Shown piece after piece: positions 26,605 through 39,929 of a stretch of DNA of 64,000 nucleotides. The notes under the pieces were generated by a model. That model was not told where the DNA came from, did not search any database, and saw only the letters and a list, made by a program, of their open reading frames with translations. Both the position numbers and the translations under genes were made by a program. This DNA comes from Orbicella franksi (lineage: Eukaryota), in contig OZ116707.1 of assembly GCA_964199315.1 (NCBI GenBank), positions 5,332,001 to 5,396,000 on the forward strand. Direction: 5' to 3'. Positions within the stretch are counted from its first letter, which is position 1; each line of letters begins with the position of its first letter.

Positions 26605-29600
26605 CTACTTAGAACTTGCTATTGAAGGCCTTGTGTTATTATTACTACCCTGGCAAGATGCATTACTCTTAGGGCTGATAGTTGTCTGTCCAAGTCTGAT
26701 AGAGTTTTGAGTAGATTGCTGTTGCAGAAAGGTGGGATTATCATTTTGGCCATTACATGAACAGACTTGGCAGAAGTGATTTTCTACACAGTCTTGGTTC
26801 ACTATTGCAGGCTTGATGACTGCATTTTGATCTTTAAGTAACTTAAAGTGGACCCTAGACTGAAAGCCAAGGCACATGGATTGTAAATCAAAATGTAGTT
26901 TGGTGGAGATAAAATGATTTTTTTGATTTTCTGTTGCTTTTGCCCACTGGGAGATCCATTGGTGGAATTCATTAAGCCTGTGTAGACGGTTGTCCTCAGT
27001 GGAAGAGATGTAAAGCCTGTCATTAAACAAGCTAACCATCTCACTGGTGTGTTGTAGTAGATCAACCACTGCATCCAGTGATGCATCTTGTGTGTGCTCT
27101 TGATATTTCTGCAAAGATATTTACAAAACTATAAGTATAGGGTTGACCAGTTATAATTGTGATTGTGTACATGCATGTATAATTATGGGTTATGATAAAA
27201 CATTAAAAGGATGTTGAAGGTATAGTTTGTACTGATTTAAACCTTTCACATCAACATTGGGAAAACAGAAAGTAAAACAGTTAATTCCCCATAGTGTTCA
27301 CCTGCATCAAGAACAACATCTTCATGTCCAATACATCTTCTGCTAGTTTATTCCTCATCACTGAAGCAGAATCCAAATCAAAATGCTGTGGTGTAAGTTT
27401 TTCATGCAATGGTAGGGAGAAGCTTTGCTGGTCCCACTCATATGCATCTTTGAATTGTTGCCATGTGATTGTTTTTCCGTCAATGGTCAGGCAGCGTGGC
27501 TTGCCACTTATGTTACTCTTTTGAATATTATTGCGGATTTTCTCTATATTGTGCTGTCAAAGAAGGCAAAAGGAGAAAAAAGACAATAAGAAGAGGCTGT
27601 GTACATGCAGGTTTTGACAGAATGCATGTGGAATTAAATTCAATACCAGCTAGAAAATTGAATGTTCTTCATTTTGGTTATTAAAAATATACAATGAATT
27701 CTGAAAATGGCAATAAATAAAATTAAAATCCTGGATCAAAACTCTGGTTGTAGTGTAAAACTAATTTACTAATAAGTTACGAAAAAAATAAATAGATAAA
27801 TAGATATTGAATAAATGTTAATTGGTTTGAAAAGTTTTACATCTTTTGAACCATAATTCCAATTACCATGATCACAATCTTTAAGCAAAGGAAATGCAAA
27901 TCAAAGTTGTTGGGGTTCATTTTAACCTCAATTTACCTTTGGATCCATAATGAAGATCATAGGTTCACCAGTGTATAGATTTGTCGTCATAAATTTTCTT
28001 TCAACAGGATCTTTATTCTTGAAATGAATTTTGATAAACTGCCTGTTACAGTCAGCACCATCCAACACACACCAGTAAATCCTAATAAGAAAACAACACA
28101 TTTTAATTTGCCTTTGCATAATGGCTAGGTGGAGTCATATATATATATTTTATTCAATCAGGGCTTATGATTTATGTTATGTTTTCAGCCCCAAGGTCAA
28201 CACCAGAATGATCAAGGATATTCAGGCAAGTAATACTTTCACAAGGTTAGTAATTAATTAGGAATGTATTGACTATAGTAGAAGAAAAGAAATTTGCTTT
28301 ACTTACTGAAATCCAATTTCCAACATTCTCAGGACTCCTTCCCAGAACAGATGATATAAATCACTTGGGGTGCAGTTCCCAGATGGCCACTGTGCAACTG
28401 GAAACCTGAAACCACTGTCGCTTATGAATATGAACTGCAGAACATGAGTTGCCAGTTCTGGATTACTGTCCTGACCTGGAAGAAATGGAACTCCTTCAGT
28501 TAGACTTGTATATACCATGTAAAGATTATCAACATTTACAGGCTGATGTATAGATTTGCCATTTTATTTCAGAATTTGGCTTTATATCCACATCTAAAGT
28601 CAACTCAGCATTCACTAACAATAATATAGTCAAAGACTTTGTTCATGTTAGTCCTTTCAAGACCTCAATGTTATTTCAAGACATTTAAAATTATACCTGA
28701 CAAATCCCTCATTAGATCATGATTCTTCCCCAAGTCGACAAAGCCTACCATCTTGTGCTTGCCACCTTCAGTCATTATTTCAAGGTTTTCCTGAATTTAA
28801 AAACAAATGTGGAAGACAGATATTTACAAATTTTGTTTGTACATGTTAATTAAAAACATTGTTCACCATGTGTTGGCATACACTGCACTGTTTAGCTCAG
28901 TAACATTTAATTACATTATTTGGAGCAGTAAATATTACTAAGCAATGCCCCCAAATCTATTATTCAAATATTATTGGTTGCATAGTTTAAGGATGATGTA
29001 ATTATTCATGTGCAGTTTTCTAAAATTGAGATATTACCGGATTTTCATCTCATCAATTGCAAAGCCATCCATATAATCTCCAGGTTTCAAGCCGTTTTCT
29101 TTAGCTGCACCAAGGCACCATTTCAGCACTTTATCATCCCAACCAGCACATTCCTTGACTTTGTTCTTATAGAGTCTGTAAAAGGGATATAAATTATGAA
29201 TAAATAATTTGATATACTTTTCCGACAAAAAGTATCAGTGTCATTTTGCAACAACTGATTTCAACAGCCTAAAATTATAACTATCCTATAATAAATATTA
29301 TTTTGAATAGTACTTATGTCCCTACCTAATTGTTCTATTACTGGGGAGAATTAAGAACTGTCGCAGAGGGTCAAGCACATGAGGATTCTTGCAGTAGAGG
29401 TCAAGACACAATCTCATCACCCTGTAATAATACAAAATAATACAAAATAAGGTATATTTTTGAATTGTGTATGCCGAGTAAATCTGAATTTAGGGCCCAT
29501 TCATTACTTATGGAAGGGGAGGGGGGAAGGGGGGGGAGGGTGTGACTTAAATTTCCAATCAAGTGCCTCCATTTTGTCATCCATCTCCCTCTCATAAGTC

Positions 29601-30823
29601 CCTTTGATATTCCTGTACTGTAAAATTAAGTTGAACAAGCATAAAAACTGAAAACTAACTTGGGATGCCAACGATAGGCATTTTTGCTTTTGCTTGACAG
29701 AAGCACTTTTTGCTGTTCCCACAGGCCTACCATGTGCCCTGGGATATTGTGGGCACTTTGGAACATTATTGTCAAGTCTGCATTGTCGTCTTCCGTCATT
29801 TCCAAGCATTCTTCCGCAAACTTTTCCTTCCAATATTTTTTGCGTTTCACAGCATTTATTCTTGCTTGCCTTTCCAGTTGTAGTTGCTTTGCATAATCAT
29901 CTTTAGACATGAAGCGTTTGTTTGTTTTGGGGTGTACCTTTCCTCCCAGTTCTAGTTTCCTTTTATTTCTCTCATCGCTGTTATGTTTGACCTTTTGGCA
30001 CTGGTTACAACACTGCTTTCCTGCACTGCAAAGTAGAGAGCACTTGTTGGAAAAAGCTCTTTTTTCTTCAACTGGTCCATTGTTGTACAGTCCACTTTGA
30101 TGGGGAATTACACTATTCAAGACCTCGCCCTCCTTAACTTGTACACCCTTACAGACGGTCCAAGTGTCAAGAATTTGGAAGTTTTTATCCACTCTTTCCA
30201 TAAGGGAGTATTTTACTAGGTTTTTGTCTATCATGTCTGTGATATCAATAACACATCCATGAGAAGCGATGACTTGAATTCTCCCCGTCTTTCTCGATCC
30301 TTAATTCAATGCTGCCTCTTTGATTTTTAAATGACCAAGGAAGGAAACGATGAAACGAAGTTTTCGTTCCTTGATCTTCTACCAACTGCCAACATCTGCT
30401 TTGAAAAGTGGAAGTAGTGCAGCTTGCTGACTTCACAGCAACATCAACCGATTTCTTCTTTAGGTTAAGGTAGAAATTCTGCCTTTGATTCCTCGAGCCT
30501 CTTTTCACCAATGGGACCTTGTCTCCCCATAGTTGTTTTATCAATTGACCGATTTTATGGGAACTGACGGAGCCGTAAATATTTTCTTTGTCATTCTGAG
30601 CATTGCTAAGAATGTGTCTCGCCGCTGTAAGGCTACCCTTGCAGTGTTCGAAGTTCAATAACAACCTAACCAAAAAAGTATTTTTGGATCAGCTGATATG
30701 CTTATATAGTAACTATAATATAATGAACTTTGAAACGCCTTGTACGTGAATTACAAAATGCGATTTAAACATTTACACAGCGAATATTACTTACCACGTT
30801 TTTCATTGAAAATTTGAAGACAT
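26605..30823 (-). mobile_element. Degenerate multi-exon P-element/THAP9-like transposase gene
   Basis: YRWHPK, FAIDEMKI, MVGFVDLG, LATHVLQFIFISDSGFRFPVA, CVLDGADCNR, IMDPK and NQDCVENHFCQV..NGQNDNPT; GT-AG exon boundaries visible. Confidence 0.85.
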
Positions 30824-32491
30824 CCTCCAAAGCAAAGCTAGTTAAAACTTTCACGGACAATCCAACGATTAGATTGAGATTGCCGGTGTGAACGAAGAAC
30901 TTTTTTTCAACATTTGTAAACACGTCTAGTCATTGCTTTGATTGGCTTGTCACAACAATGCTCCGTCGGCGGCCTGGACAAAAATCTTCCCAGAGAACCA
31001 TGGAGCAAAGTACCTGGCTTGTCGAGAACTGTGCGCTCCCTTCCCCTGGTCAGGGTCAATTTGTTACCCGGCATTTCGCTCGGGTTTTGAATGTGTCCAC
31101 GAATGGAGCCGGCAGCATGATCACTGATTCCGGATGGTTAGCTTTCTTCGATTCACAGCTTTGTATCGTGCGTTGTGGAGATGAATTTGGCTTGGAATTT
31201 AACTGCAAGGGAGTGCTTAAACCTGTACTATGATTCTGCGGAGGAATTGGGGCGGCTGGTGGGATTTCAGTGGTTTTTTTTTCGCTTCGAGTGGGGGTCA
31301 GTCCAGAATCGAGTGTGTAGCCTTTACCCTTTCTTAGTAGAGGAAAACCAAAAAGCGACAACTTGCTTAAAAGGCTTCGGATCGAGCTGAGAAGCGAGAT
31401 GACAATAGAAAAGACAACAAGGCATTGAGGTGAGTCATTTTTATTGCAAAAATACCAAAATTTCAGCTATAATGTCGATTACCGTTTTTCCCCATACAAA
31501 CCTTTATAAATTCAAACCGTTGTAACACAGCACCACCACATACTGCGAGGCGAAGGTCACGTTTCGCGTAACCAAACTCAGTCGTTGTGTAATAGTAGAT
31601 GTCGGCGGTAACCGTGTCACGTTTCGTGCGCTGAACTTTCGCATAAAGATCAAAAAAAACTCCTCACATTGTGAGCTTGGGCCGCCTGTGCGAAGAACTC
31701 ATGTAAAACTCAATCTGAAAACACAAAATCAAGTAATTTCTTCGCCATGCGACAAAAATATTATGACACTGTGAAAGAAAGATAAAAGTCGTAAATCAAA
31801 AAGATGACAAAAAGAAGCGAATTATTTTGAGATCAGTCGTATTTCAACTGTGTTAATTAGTAGCCATTTTGTTCTTTTCTCAGCGGTTCTGTGGTAGCTG
31901 AATAAGAATCCAAAAAATATTTCAACGAAGCAAATAAACTAAATAAACAAAGCACCTGGAGGTCGCTGTAAATTAAATATGCAGAAATCCAGCGTGCAAA
32001 TTATTGTTCACTTCTAAAACCCAAAATTCCCAAATACAGGGAACCAAATGAAAGAAATATGAAAGAAAGTTCAATAACAATAAATTTTCATTCAAGCTGA
32101 TGTGAAGAAACCTATTTAAAAGCAAAAAATTGTTCAAAATTTTGCAGACGCACTTCACTGCATGAACCGCATGTTCAAATTATTCTTCACACTAACACGA
32201 AAGCTTGAGTTTTGGCCGACTGCTTTTGCAGTCATTTTAACACCTGTGGCTTTACCAATCATTTCAAAAGTTGAATTCAACTTTGAAGTAATAATGTACA
32301 TTACCATTTTTGTTTCTTAAGTCCGAAAAGCCGCGTTAAATCTGCGATCTATTGTCAAAACTTACTTGAAAGCACTCTGATCTTCGTGTTTTTGCGGCCG
32401 TTGTAGCAAGGAAAACTTCTTCACCAGAAAGTTTTGAGGACTCTGTACTCCTTGATCCGCCATTCTGAGGTCACCTAAATGTGACGAACTG

Positions 32492-32568
32492 TGCATACCC
32501 ATAATTAGGTGTTATTATGATTGTTATTACCCATTGCATACCCATAATTAGGTGTTATTATGATTGTT
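32492..32568. repeat. 34-bp direct duplication
   Basis: tgcatacccataattaggtgttattatgattgtt at 32492-32525 and 32535-32568. Confidence 0.9.
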
Positions 32569-33659
32569 GTTATTTTCGTAAGTGCACGTGCACATATGCG
32601 GTATTTAACATGCAGTCTTGTAATTTATGCGCCTTGCGGTCAGTTTCCCAATGTAATGGCTAGCGCTGTTTGTGCGCCATTAAAGACAACATTTTACCGT
32701 TATCTTTCGTTACACTAAACATTGATTTGTATTTTTCCTTTCTATTTTAAAACCCAAATCAGTAATTTATCTGTGTTAGGAATGAAAACAAGACCTTGGA
32801 AGTTTTTAGATTTGGCCCACAACACGCCATGATTAACTGCACTTTTTGAGTGCACGATTCTAAGTCCCCTAAAAATATGCTCAGAAGGCACATTCTGATT
32901 GGTTTACTTGTCCTCAAGAACAATAGAACAATAGGAGAACCAAAAAGTCTTCAGGGAGGGTAGGAAAGACAATTGTTTCCACATGCCTTTTTCGGGTGGT
33001 TACAGGTGGCACAGGGAAATAGAAGAGTTTTTCACACGAGCAGTTACAGGCGGCACAGGGGTCAATAGGTTAAGGGTAAGTTTATTTTACCATTTATAAA
33101 ACAGGCAATATTCTGTTATTGTTTAATAAATATGCAAAAACTGATAGTTGGCAAGTGGAAATCCCAAAACAATGAATCTTTTGAGCATTACACTTTTAGT
33201 ATTATTTTATTGCATAACAACTCAGGTGATGACTACATGTAGATCATGCTTTAAGCCTCAGGGATGTCTGTGCATCCCAATTTGTGAAGAAATTTGTAGA
33301 CAATGCACCTAATCTCTTAAAATTGTATGGTTGAGTTAAACATGCATTCAATATGTCCACCTTTTAATTGACTAAAAGCCAGACCCTGAGTAGTCACTAT
33401 TGTGACTAGAAACATTAGCATTTCCACGCAGCTATCATGATAAGTAGCCAACAACCAGCTATTACGACTGACTACTGCAATGAAGATTGCTGGCTATTCA
33501 AAGTTTAAAAATGACTAAAAGGCAACAGCCAATGAAGGCTATCTTGAGTATTTGAACACCTCCCTTCTTTGCGTAGCCTTACTGCATCAAAGGTAATGAC
33601 AGCTCTGTGCAATTCTGGTTAATGCTATTACTGGTAACAATGTTTACATTATTTCCTAG

Positions 33660-34820
33660 GCTTGTGATTGTGATTTAGGAAGGTATGAGGTTTGCCTTGA
33701 GCATTTCCTTCAAGTGAAAGCAAACATCGGCAGGTAATTATTAATATAAAAAGATACACTGTGATTTTGGTGGACATCCACAGATTAGTTCTCTTATTCA
33801 CTGTGAAGATTTATTTGTAAGTTTAGTAAAGCACATTTTTGTGGAGAGAGGGATTTAAACCAGAGTACCCTTGTGGCAATTAGGATGAGAACCATCAATA
33901 AATTCAACCACAGAATTATGAGAACCTGTCCCTGCAAGTGTTATATTTTCTTTGTCTGCTTCATTTTGCGTGATATGAGTAAAAACCAGTAGGTTTTACT
34001 TTTGCTCTCCCTCTTTCCTGTTGTTTTTGGCTTTTGATTGATATACATGTATGGCACTGATCCTTTTACCTGTCTTAAGTATCGGTCCATATAAGAAGGA
34101 TAGCACCACGCGGCAAGGAATGCAAAAAGGTGCTAACTTTTGTGCAATTTTGCTATTGTTGTACCATACTTCTGATTGGCTCAATCAATAAACTCTACCA
34201 AAACTTCAGATAGCTGTTTATACATTAATGCGTAACTGATCAACTATCTTCCTTTCAACAAAACCTGTTCTGAGTCTAAATACCACAGTAATCCTACGTG
34301 GGGAACATTGGAAAATTGGAAGCTTTTATTGTCTTTGTTTATGACTGTTGTGATTGGTTGAATGTTTTAACACAAAGGAAACTACCTTTCAAAATAGAGT
34401 TAAAATACATTTTATTTCATAAACCTTCTTTCCATCAGTTGATTCATTCTACGTATGAAAACACAACCGTTTTGATGTGGGGAAAGCGTATTGCCACAGA
34501 ATAATAGAAAATGCTACAGTTCTTATCTGGATCATTACTTAAGCTTTAAAGGATTGAGAGATGACCCGACATGCCTACTTCATGAGGATTTGTCTTCTCT
34601 GTGTCTTCGTGCTTTGCATCGCAAGATGCGCAATACTGAGCAGATTCTGAAAAGTGTTGGTGTTCTGGTCAACGAAATTGGTTCTCTGCAAGAGTGTAAT
34701 GATGAACTATCAAAGTATGGCCCAGAGAACTTCAAAGCAGACTGGATCACAGTAAAATTTAGACCTGTACAACAAACAGCTCCTGGTAGAAACAACATTT
34801 ATTTTGCCTCATGTTCACGT
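33660..34820 (+). pseudogene. Copy C: two central exons of the RAG1-like/Ulp1 transposase family
   Basis: Exon 33660-33733 (ACDCDLGRYEVCLEHFLQVKANIG, 74 bp, same length and phase as 44799-44726). Exon from 34544 (FKGLRDD..RALHRKMRNTEQIL) is paralogous to 44425-44151. Confidence 0.85.
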
Positions 34821-34922
34821 CAACTGCACAGTATTACATATTATTAACCATTTATCGAAAATGAAATTTCATCTTGAGGGAGCCTTGCCTTGAGAGACTT
34901 AAGGTAATTTTAAAAATTTCAA

Positions 34923-37690
34923 TGATTTAAAAAATGATTGACAGGCCTAGCATGACTCCCACTGTTTCGTGATAAACGGTCTTTGACCTTTAGAGTTTAG
35001 CTCTAACAAGTATGTCTTTCAGAGATTTTCCTCTCCTGTAGGAGATGAAAGGAGGGTCTCTGTATATTTCTCTAAGCAGAGGTTGATCTTGGATTAAATG
35101 CCATTTGCTCATTAAAATGCTTTTAAGATTGGGCACTGATGGATTATATTGTGTGACAAAAGGCAATAATCTCTTTTGCAATTTTGGTTTCTGTTGTAGT
35201 GCCGACTTCCTGTTTTTAAATTCGCTTTTTGCGAGGATGATTTAAAAAATGATTGACAGGCCTAGCACGACTCCCACTGTTTCATGATAAATGGTCTTTG
35301 ACCTTTAGAGTTTAGCTCTAACAAGTATGTCTTTCAGAGATTTTCCTCTCCTGTAGGAGATGAAAGGAGGGTCTGTATATTTCTCTAAGCAGAGGTTGAT
35401 CTTGGATTAAATGCCATTTGCTCAATAAAATGCTTTTAAGATTGGGCACTGATGGATTATATTGTGTGACAAACGGCAATAATCTCTTTTGCAATTTTGG
35501 TTTCTGTTGTAGTGCCGACTTCCTGTTTTTAAATTCGATTTCTGCGAGGACTTTGTTGACCAGTTTCTCTGGATAGCCTCAAACACGCAAATTTGATCTG
35601 AAATTTTTGATCTTTTCTTCAAAACTTGTTTTTGAAGAGTTTGTTCTCAGAAGCCTAAGTGCTTCACCTTTTATAAAACCTTTTTTCACACCTGGAGCGT
35701 GACAGGAAGAGAAATGCGTGTATTGAAATTTCTCAGTCGGCTTGAAGTGTGTGCAGATATCAAAGATTGAATCTTTGTTAAATCTCTCGCCTTTGAAGAC
35801 AGTAGTGTCTAGGAAATTTATTTCTTTCTCTGATATTTCAGCCGTGAATTTAATGGTAGGATGGTGCCTGTTTGCTTCTGAAATAAACTGATCTATTTCC
35901 TCTCTGTTTGTGTTCCACAACGAGAACACGTCATCTATGTATCTCTTCCACTCAATGGGTTTTATCTTGCTTTTACCGATAATTTTAGATTCTACTGCGG
36001 ACATCAAAATGTTCGCGAAAGCAACTGCCATTTTTGTCCCCATTGCGGTACCATGGGTTTGGAGATAGTTCCTTCCGTTAAAATGGAAGGAGTTCTCCTG
36101 AAGTATAAGTCTAAGCATGTTGCGGAGTGAATTTGTAGGAATGGGAGTGTTGTTCTTATAGAAGTCTTCGTATGCTATGCATACAGTGTTTATCCCTTCC
36201 TCTTGGGGAATATTGGTGTACAGGCTGGTAACATCCATTGAAACTAGAATCATATTTTGTTGGACTTTTGTCCTTTCTATAAAGTTAATGAAATCTTTGG
36301 TATCTTTGAGGTACAATTTTTGCGCTTTGGCAATAGGCTGGAGGATGTGGTCTATAAATGATGATATACGTTCTGTTGGACCTTCACAGCCCGAAATTAT
36401 TGGTCTTCCAGTAAGAGTCAGTTTGTGAATCTTTGTTCGTGTGTAAAACACTGGTATGCGCGGTGGGTTAGGTGTTTGAGAAAGCCATTCTTTGGTCTTT
36501 GCGTCTATGTGACTTCCTAAATGGAGTTCATTAATTAAATCTTTGACCTTTTGTGAGGTCTCCTTCACCATTGGTGTTTCTAGGGGCATGTAGTTCTTTC
36601 TATCATCAAGTTGAGTTTGGCCCTCTGTTATCTTATCTTGTTTGTTCATAATGACCATTGTGGATCCTTTGTCTGCCTTTTTGATAACTATTTCTGTGTT
36701 AGATTTCAAATCTTTCAGTGCTATACGTTCTTGGTAAGGCAGGTTATTTCGTGGCTTAGTAATCTCGATCTCAGCGAGTTGTACTTTAATTTCTTCTAAA
36801 TATGTTTCAAGTGCAACTGATGGTTGAACTGGAGGTTCCCAGTTCGATTTAACGTGGAAGGGGTGCTATTCACTATCTTTGTTGTTAAAAATGTATCGGA
36901 GACGCATTCGTCTCGCGAAATGTTTGAAGTCTAGAAGCAGTTGTTGCCTGACGTGATTCTTATCTGGAATTGGTGTTTGGATAAATTTCAGACCCCTTGA
37001 TAGTAAATTTGTCTCGTGAGTTGAAATTTTGCAATTTGAGAGGTTTTTTATGTACCTCTGGTTCAACTCAGTGTTTTTTCTTCTAATGTTTAATCTCTTG
37101 TTGCTTTTACGTTCTCGGTGTTTATTGTTTACGATTTTGCGCTTTTCTTTCTCCCTCCCTTTTCCTGAACAGTCAGAAAATACACAGGGATAAGATTCAC
37201 TCTTTTTATTGTCTAAAGCTTTCATCATTTCTTCCACTTTTTTGATTTTGTCTGTCAGTTCGGTGGCTAAAGCTATTACATTCTCAGTGCGAGTTGGCCT
37301 TTCTGGACGTGGCCTGTTCTTAACTAGATCAGGATTGTTCGTTTTCTTCTCTCTGGTAGTGTTCGGTCTATGCTCAACTTTACTGAGCTTGATCTTGTTG
37401 CTTTCCACGCGTCTGTAGTGGTAGCGTGTGAGCGCTCCAATAAGTTTTTGTTCTGCTTCTCTCCGGATATGCTTGATGTCACTTTTGAAGTCATCATCCG
37501 GCACTATGTTCACTCTTACGTTGTAGCGCAGATCTTTTGGGCACGTTTTCTTTGTTCTGTGTGCTTCCAGTTTCTCTATGGACGCTTTGGATTTTTCAAC
37601 TTTCCTCTCCAGAGATGGGGTGCTGTAGCGATTGTTCAGGCGAAATCTTTTCTGAGGGATGTTTTCCTTCCTACCTTCTGTGTGGCGACA
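34923..37690 (-). mobile_element. Penelope-like retroelement with tandemly duplicated 3' end; no GIY-YIG domain visible
   Basis: IKKADKGS, GRPIISG, DVTSLYTNIP, GTAMGTKMA, KRYIDDVF and KPTEKFQY; ORF ends ...KDILVRAKL*. ~315-bp 3' segment repeated (34923-35238 and 35238-35550). Confidence 0.9.
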
Positions 37691-38595
37691 AATTAGCCGA
37701 ATGGGAAACCCTATGGAAAATGGAGTTCCATCCAGACAATTGTGAAGTACTTAGAGTAGGGCGCAAGTGTGCTATGGTACAAAATGACTATATTCTTCAT
37801 GGTAAGACATTAGCAACGGCTGACTCAGCCAAATACCTTGGAGTTACTATAGCATCAGACCTGAGATGGAACAAACACATCGACACCATCTCGAGTAAAG
37901 CTAATAGAACTCTTGGATTCCTGAAAAGGAATCTAAAGATTAACTCTACTGCACTCAAGTCCACTGCCTATAAAACATTGATCCGACCTACCCTCGAGTA
38001 TGCCTGCACCGTTTGGGATCCTTACACACAGGGAAACATCTATAAGCTTGAGATGGTGCAGCGTCGGGCAGCGAGATTTGTTCTTGGCAGATACAACAAC
38101 ACATCCAGCGTAGGGGACATGCTATATGAGCTCGGCTGGACTTCCCTCCAAACTAGGAGACAGACACTTAGACTCTGCATGATGTATAAAATTCATAAAG
38201 GCTTGATAGCCATGGACGCACAAGAGTTCATGACTCCACTTCAAAGGAGATCATGGCACGTAAATTCAGATGCGTACAAAATTCCCCGCTCAAAGACGGA
38301 CTACCACATGTACTCGTTTTTCCCGAGAACGATACGAGAGTGGAACAGCCTGGCCAATGAAACAGTAAATGCACCAAACTTGACGGCCTTCAAGAAAAGC
38401 CTGCCACCTGACCAAGGCCAAACCAAACAATGTTGACTTTGACTTTATTATTATTATTATCACTATTGCTATTATTATTATTATTTAGTTTTTATTATAG
38501 CATTTTAGCCTTATTTTAATTTGTAGTTTTTTATTTATACGCTCACTAGAATCTTCAGAATTGAAGGAGGTGAGTCGCCCAGGAAGAAGTAAGAG
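37690..38595 (+). mobile_element. 5'-truncated CR1/L2-like LINE 3' end
   Basis: KYLGVTI, KANRTLGFLKRNL, RPTLEYACTVWDP, EMVQRRAARFV and FFPRTIREWNSL; (ATT)n in the 3' UTR; GAAGAAG-like tail near 38583-38595. Confidence 0.88.
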
Positions 38596-38903
38596 AAACT
38601 AAATAAATCAAGGATACTTGAAACTGAGGCAAAGTTCATAAAAAGTTATATTACAGGATTGATAGAACTAATACTGAAGCAGTATATTAATATGTAAGAA
38701 TATTGACAATAATATTTAAGCATGAACAATAATCCATAACAAAGGGATTTGCACGACTTTTATAAAAGAATATTAATTTTACATTTTAAGTACGAAAAAA
38801 TCAATCACTTAAGAATCTAAAGTTCCTTTTTGCACAAAAGTACATTTTCAACAGTTCAGCTGGCATTGCCTCTCCATTCTAAAATTTGAGACATCAACTG
38901 CGT

Positions 38904-39560
38904 TCAAAGAAAGCCCATGTCCCTGAACTCCCACTGGAACGGAGGAAGGCATTTTGCACTTCTAATGATATCTCTGACAGAGAGAATAACCCCAATACCA
39001 CAGCTACCTGCTCCTACACCTGTTGTTGTCTGCTGTGGCATGTTGATACGGGGTAGAGGAAGGCAGAGTCTTGGGTGGTTCCATTGTTCCACCTTGAATC
39101 TGGAGTCCTTTGAAAGAACACTAAAACCATTCAACATGTTCTTAACAACTGGGACAGTGCTTCGGGGTGGGATGATCTTCAAGCCATCATCAAAATAGGC
39201 TGTTCTACTGACTGGATCGAGGCAGAGAAGTCCCCAATGTTGTCTATCTGGCATATGAATTGGAGTCAGGATCACATTTACTGCATCTACTGAGCAATGA
39301 TTGAAGTAACCCACAACCTTTTGGCTGAAATACTGTGCACCTTGTTTTGCCCAAGATTGACTGTAACATGGGAGGTACACAACCTTACTTTGTTTCTCTT
39401 CCTTTAGAAAGGCGAGGCATGTCGTGTCAATGGCAAAACTGTTAACATAACGTTCATAAGCAAGGTTACAAAAGTCTGATACATCCATAATACTCTGTCC
39501 CTGTTGTAAAATCACATCATTAAGCCTTGCATTAATAAGTGCATCTTTGATCCCAGCAGT
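38904..39560 (-). CDS. Ulp1/SENP (peptidase C48)-like protease domain in the last exon of copy B
   Basis: ILTPIHMPDRQHWGLLCLD (His), AYFDDGL (Asp), PQQ (oxyanion Gln) and GSCGIGVI (Cys), in canonical order and in an open frame. Confidence 0.8.
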   Translation of the reverse strand, partial: TAGIKDALINARLNDVILQQGQSIMDVSDFCNLAYERYVNSFAIDTTCLAFLKEEKQSKVVYLPCYSQSWAKQGAQYFSQKVVGYFNHCSVDAVNVILTPIHMPDRQHWGLLCLDPVSRTAYFDDGLKIIPPRSTVPVVKNMLNGFSVLSKDSRFKVEQWNHPRLCLPLPRINMPQQTTTGVGAGSCGIGVILSVRDIIRSAKCLPPFQWEFRDMGFL

Positions 39561-39929
39561 GTTCTGTGCCTCAGGTGTTTGGGAAAGCCAACAAATTTCT
39601 TGTCTTAAGTTTGAGGCATCCGACTCCAATGCACACATTTTCTCAAACACTTTTAGTGAAGTCAAGTTGTAACAACCCAGATCACCAATCTTAACAGCCT
39701 TATTTGGGCATGTGCACAGCAATTTCATTGCATGTTGTACAATGCTTGCTGATGGACAACCAGTAGCCAGCAAAGGGTTAAATAGTTTTGTAAAATGTTT
39801 CAAAACTGAGACATCTCCAGGTGCTATAAAGGACACTTTGGAAAAGTAGTATACTGCTGCCTCGTTGCAGGTTAGGCTATTTAATCTCCCATTCTGAAAA
39901 TCTGTAAGCATGAGCTGCCTCTTTTGAAC

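Noticed and set aside
30942-31390. Short plus-strand ORFs divergent from the P-like transposase
   Set aside because: No recognisable motif or consistent splice model.
34923-35550. Hammerhead or selenocysteine recoding at the end of the second Penelope element
   Set aside because: No CUGANGA core is present and the stop is TAA, not TGA.
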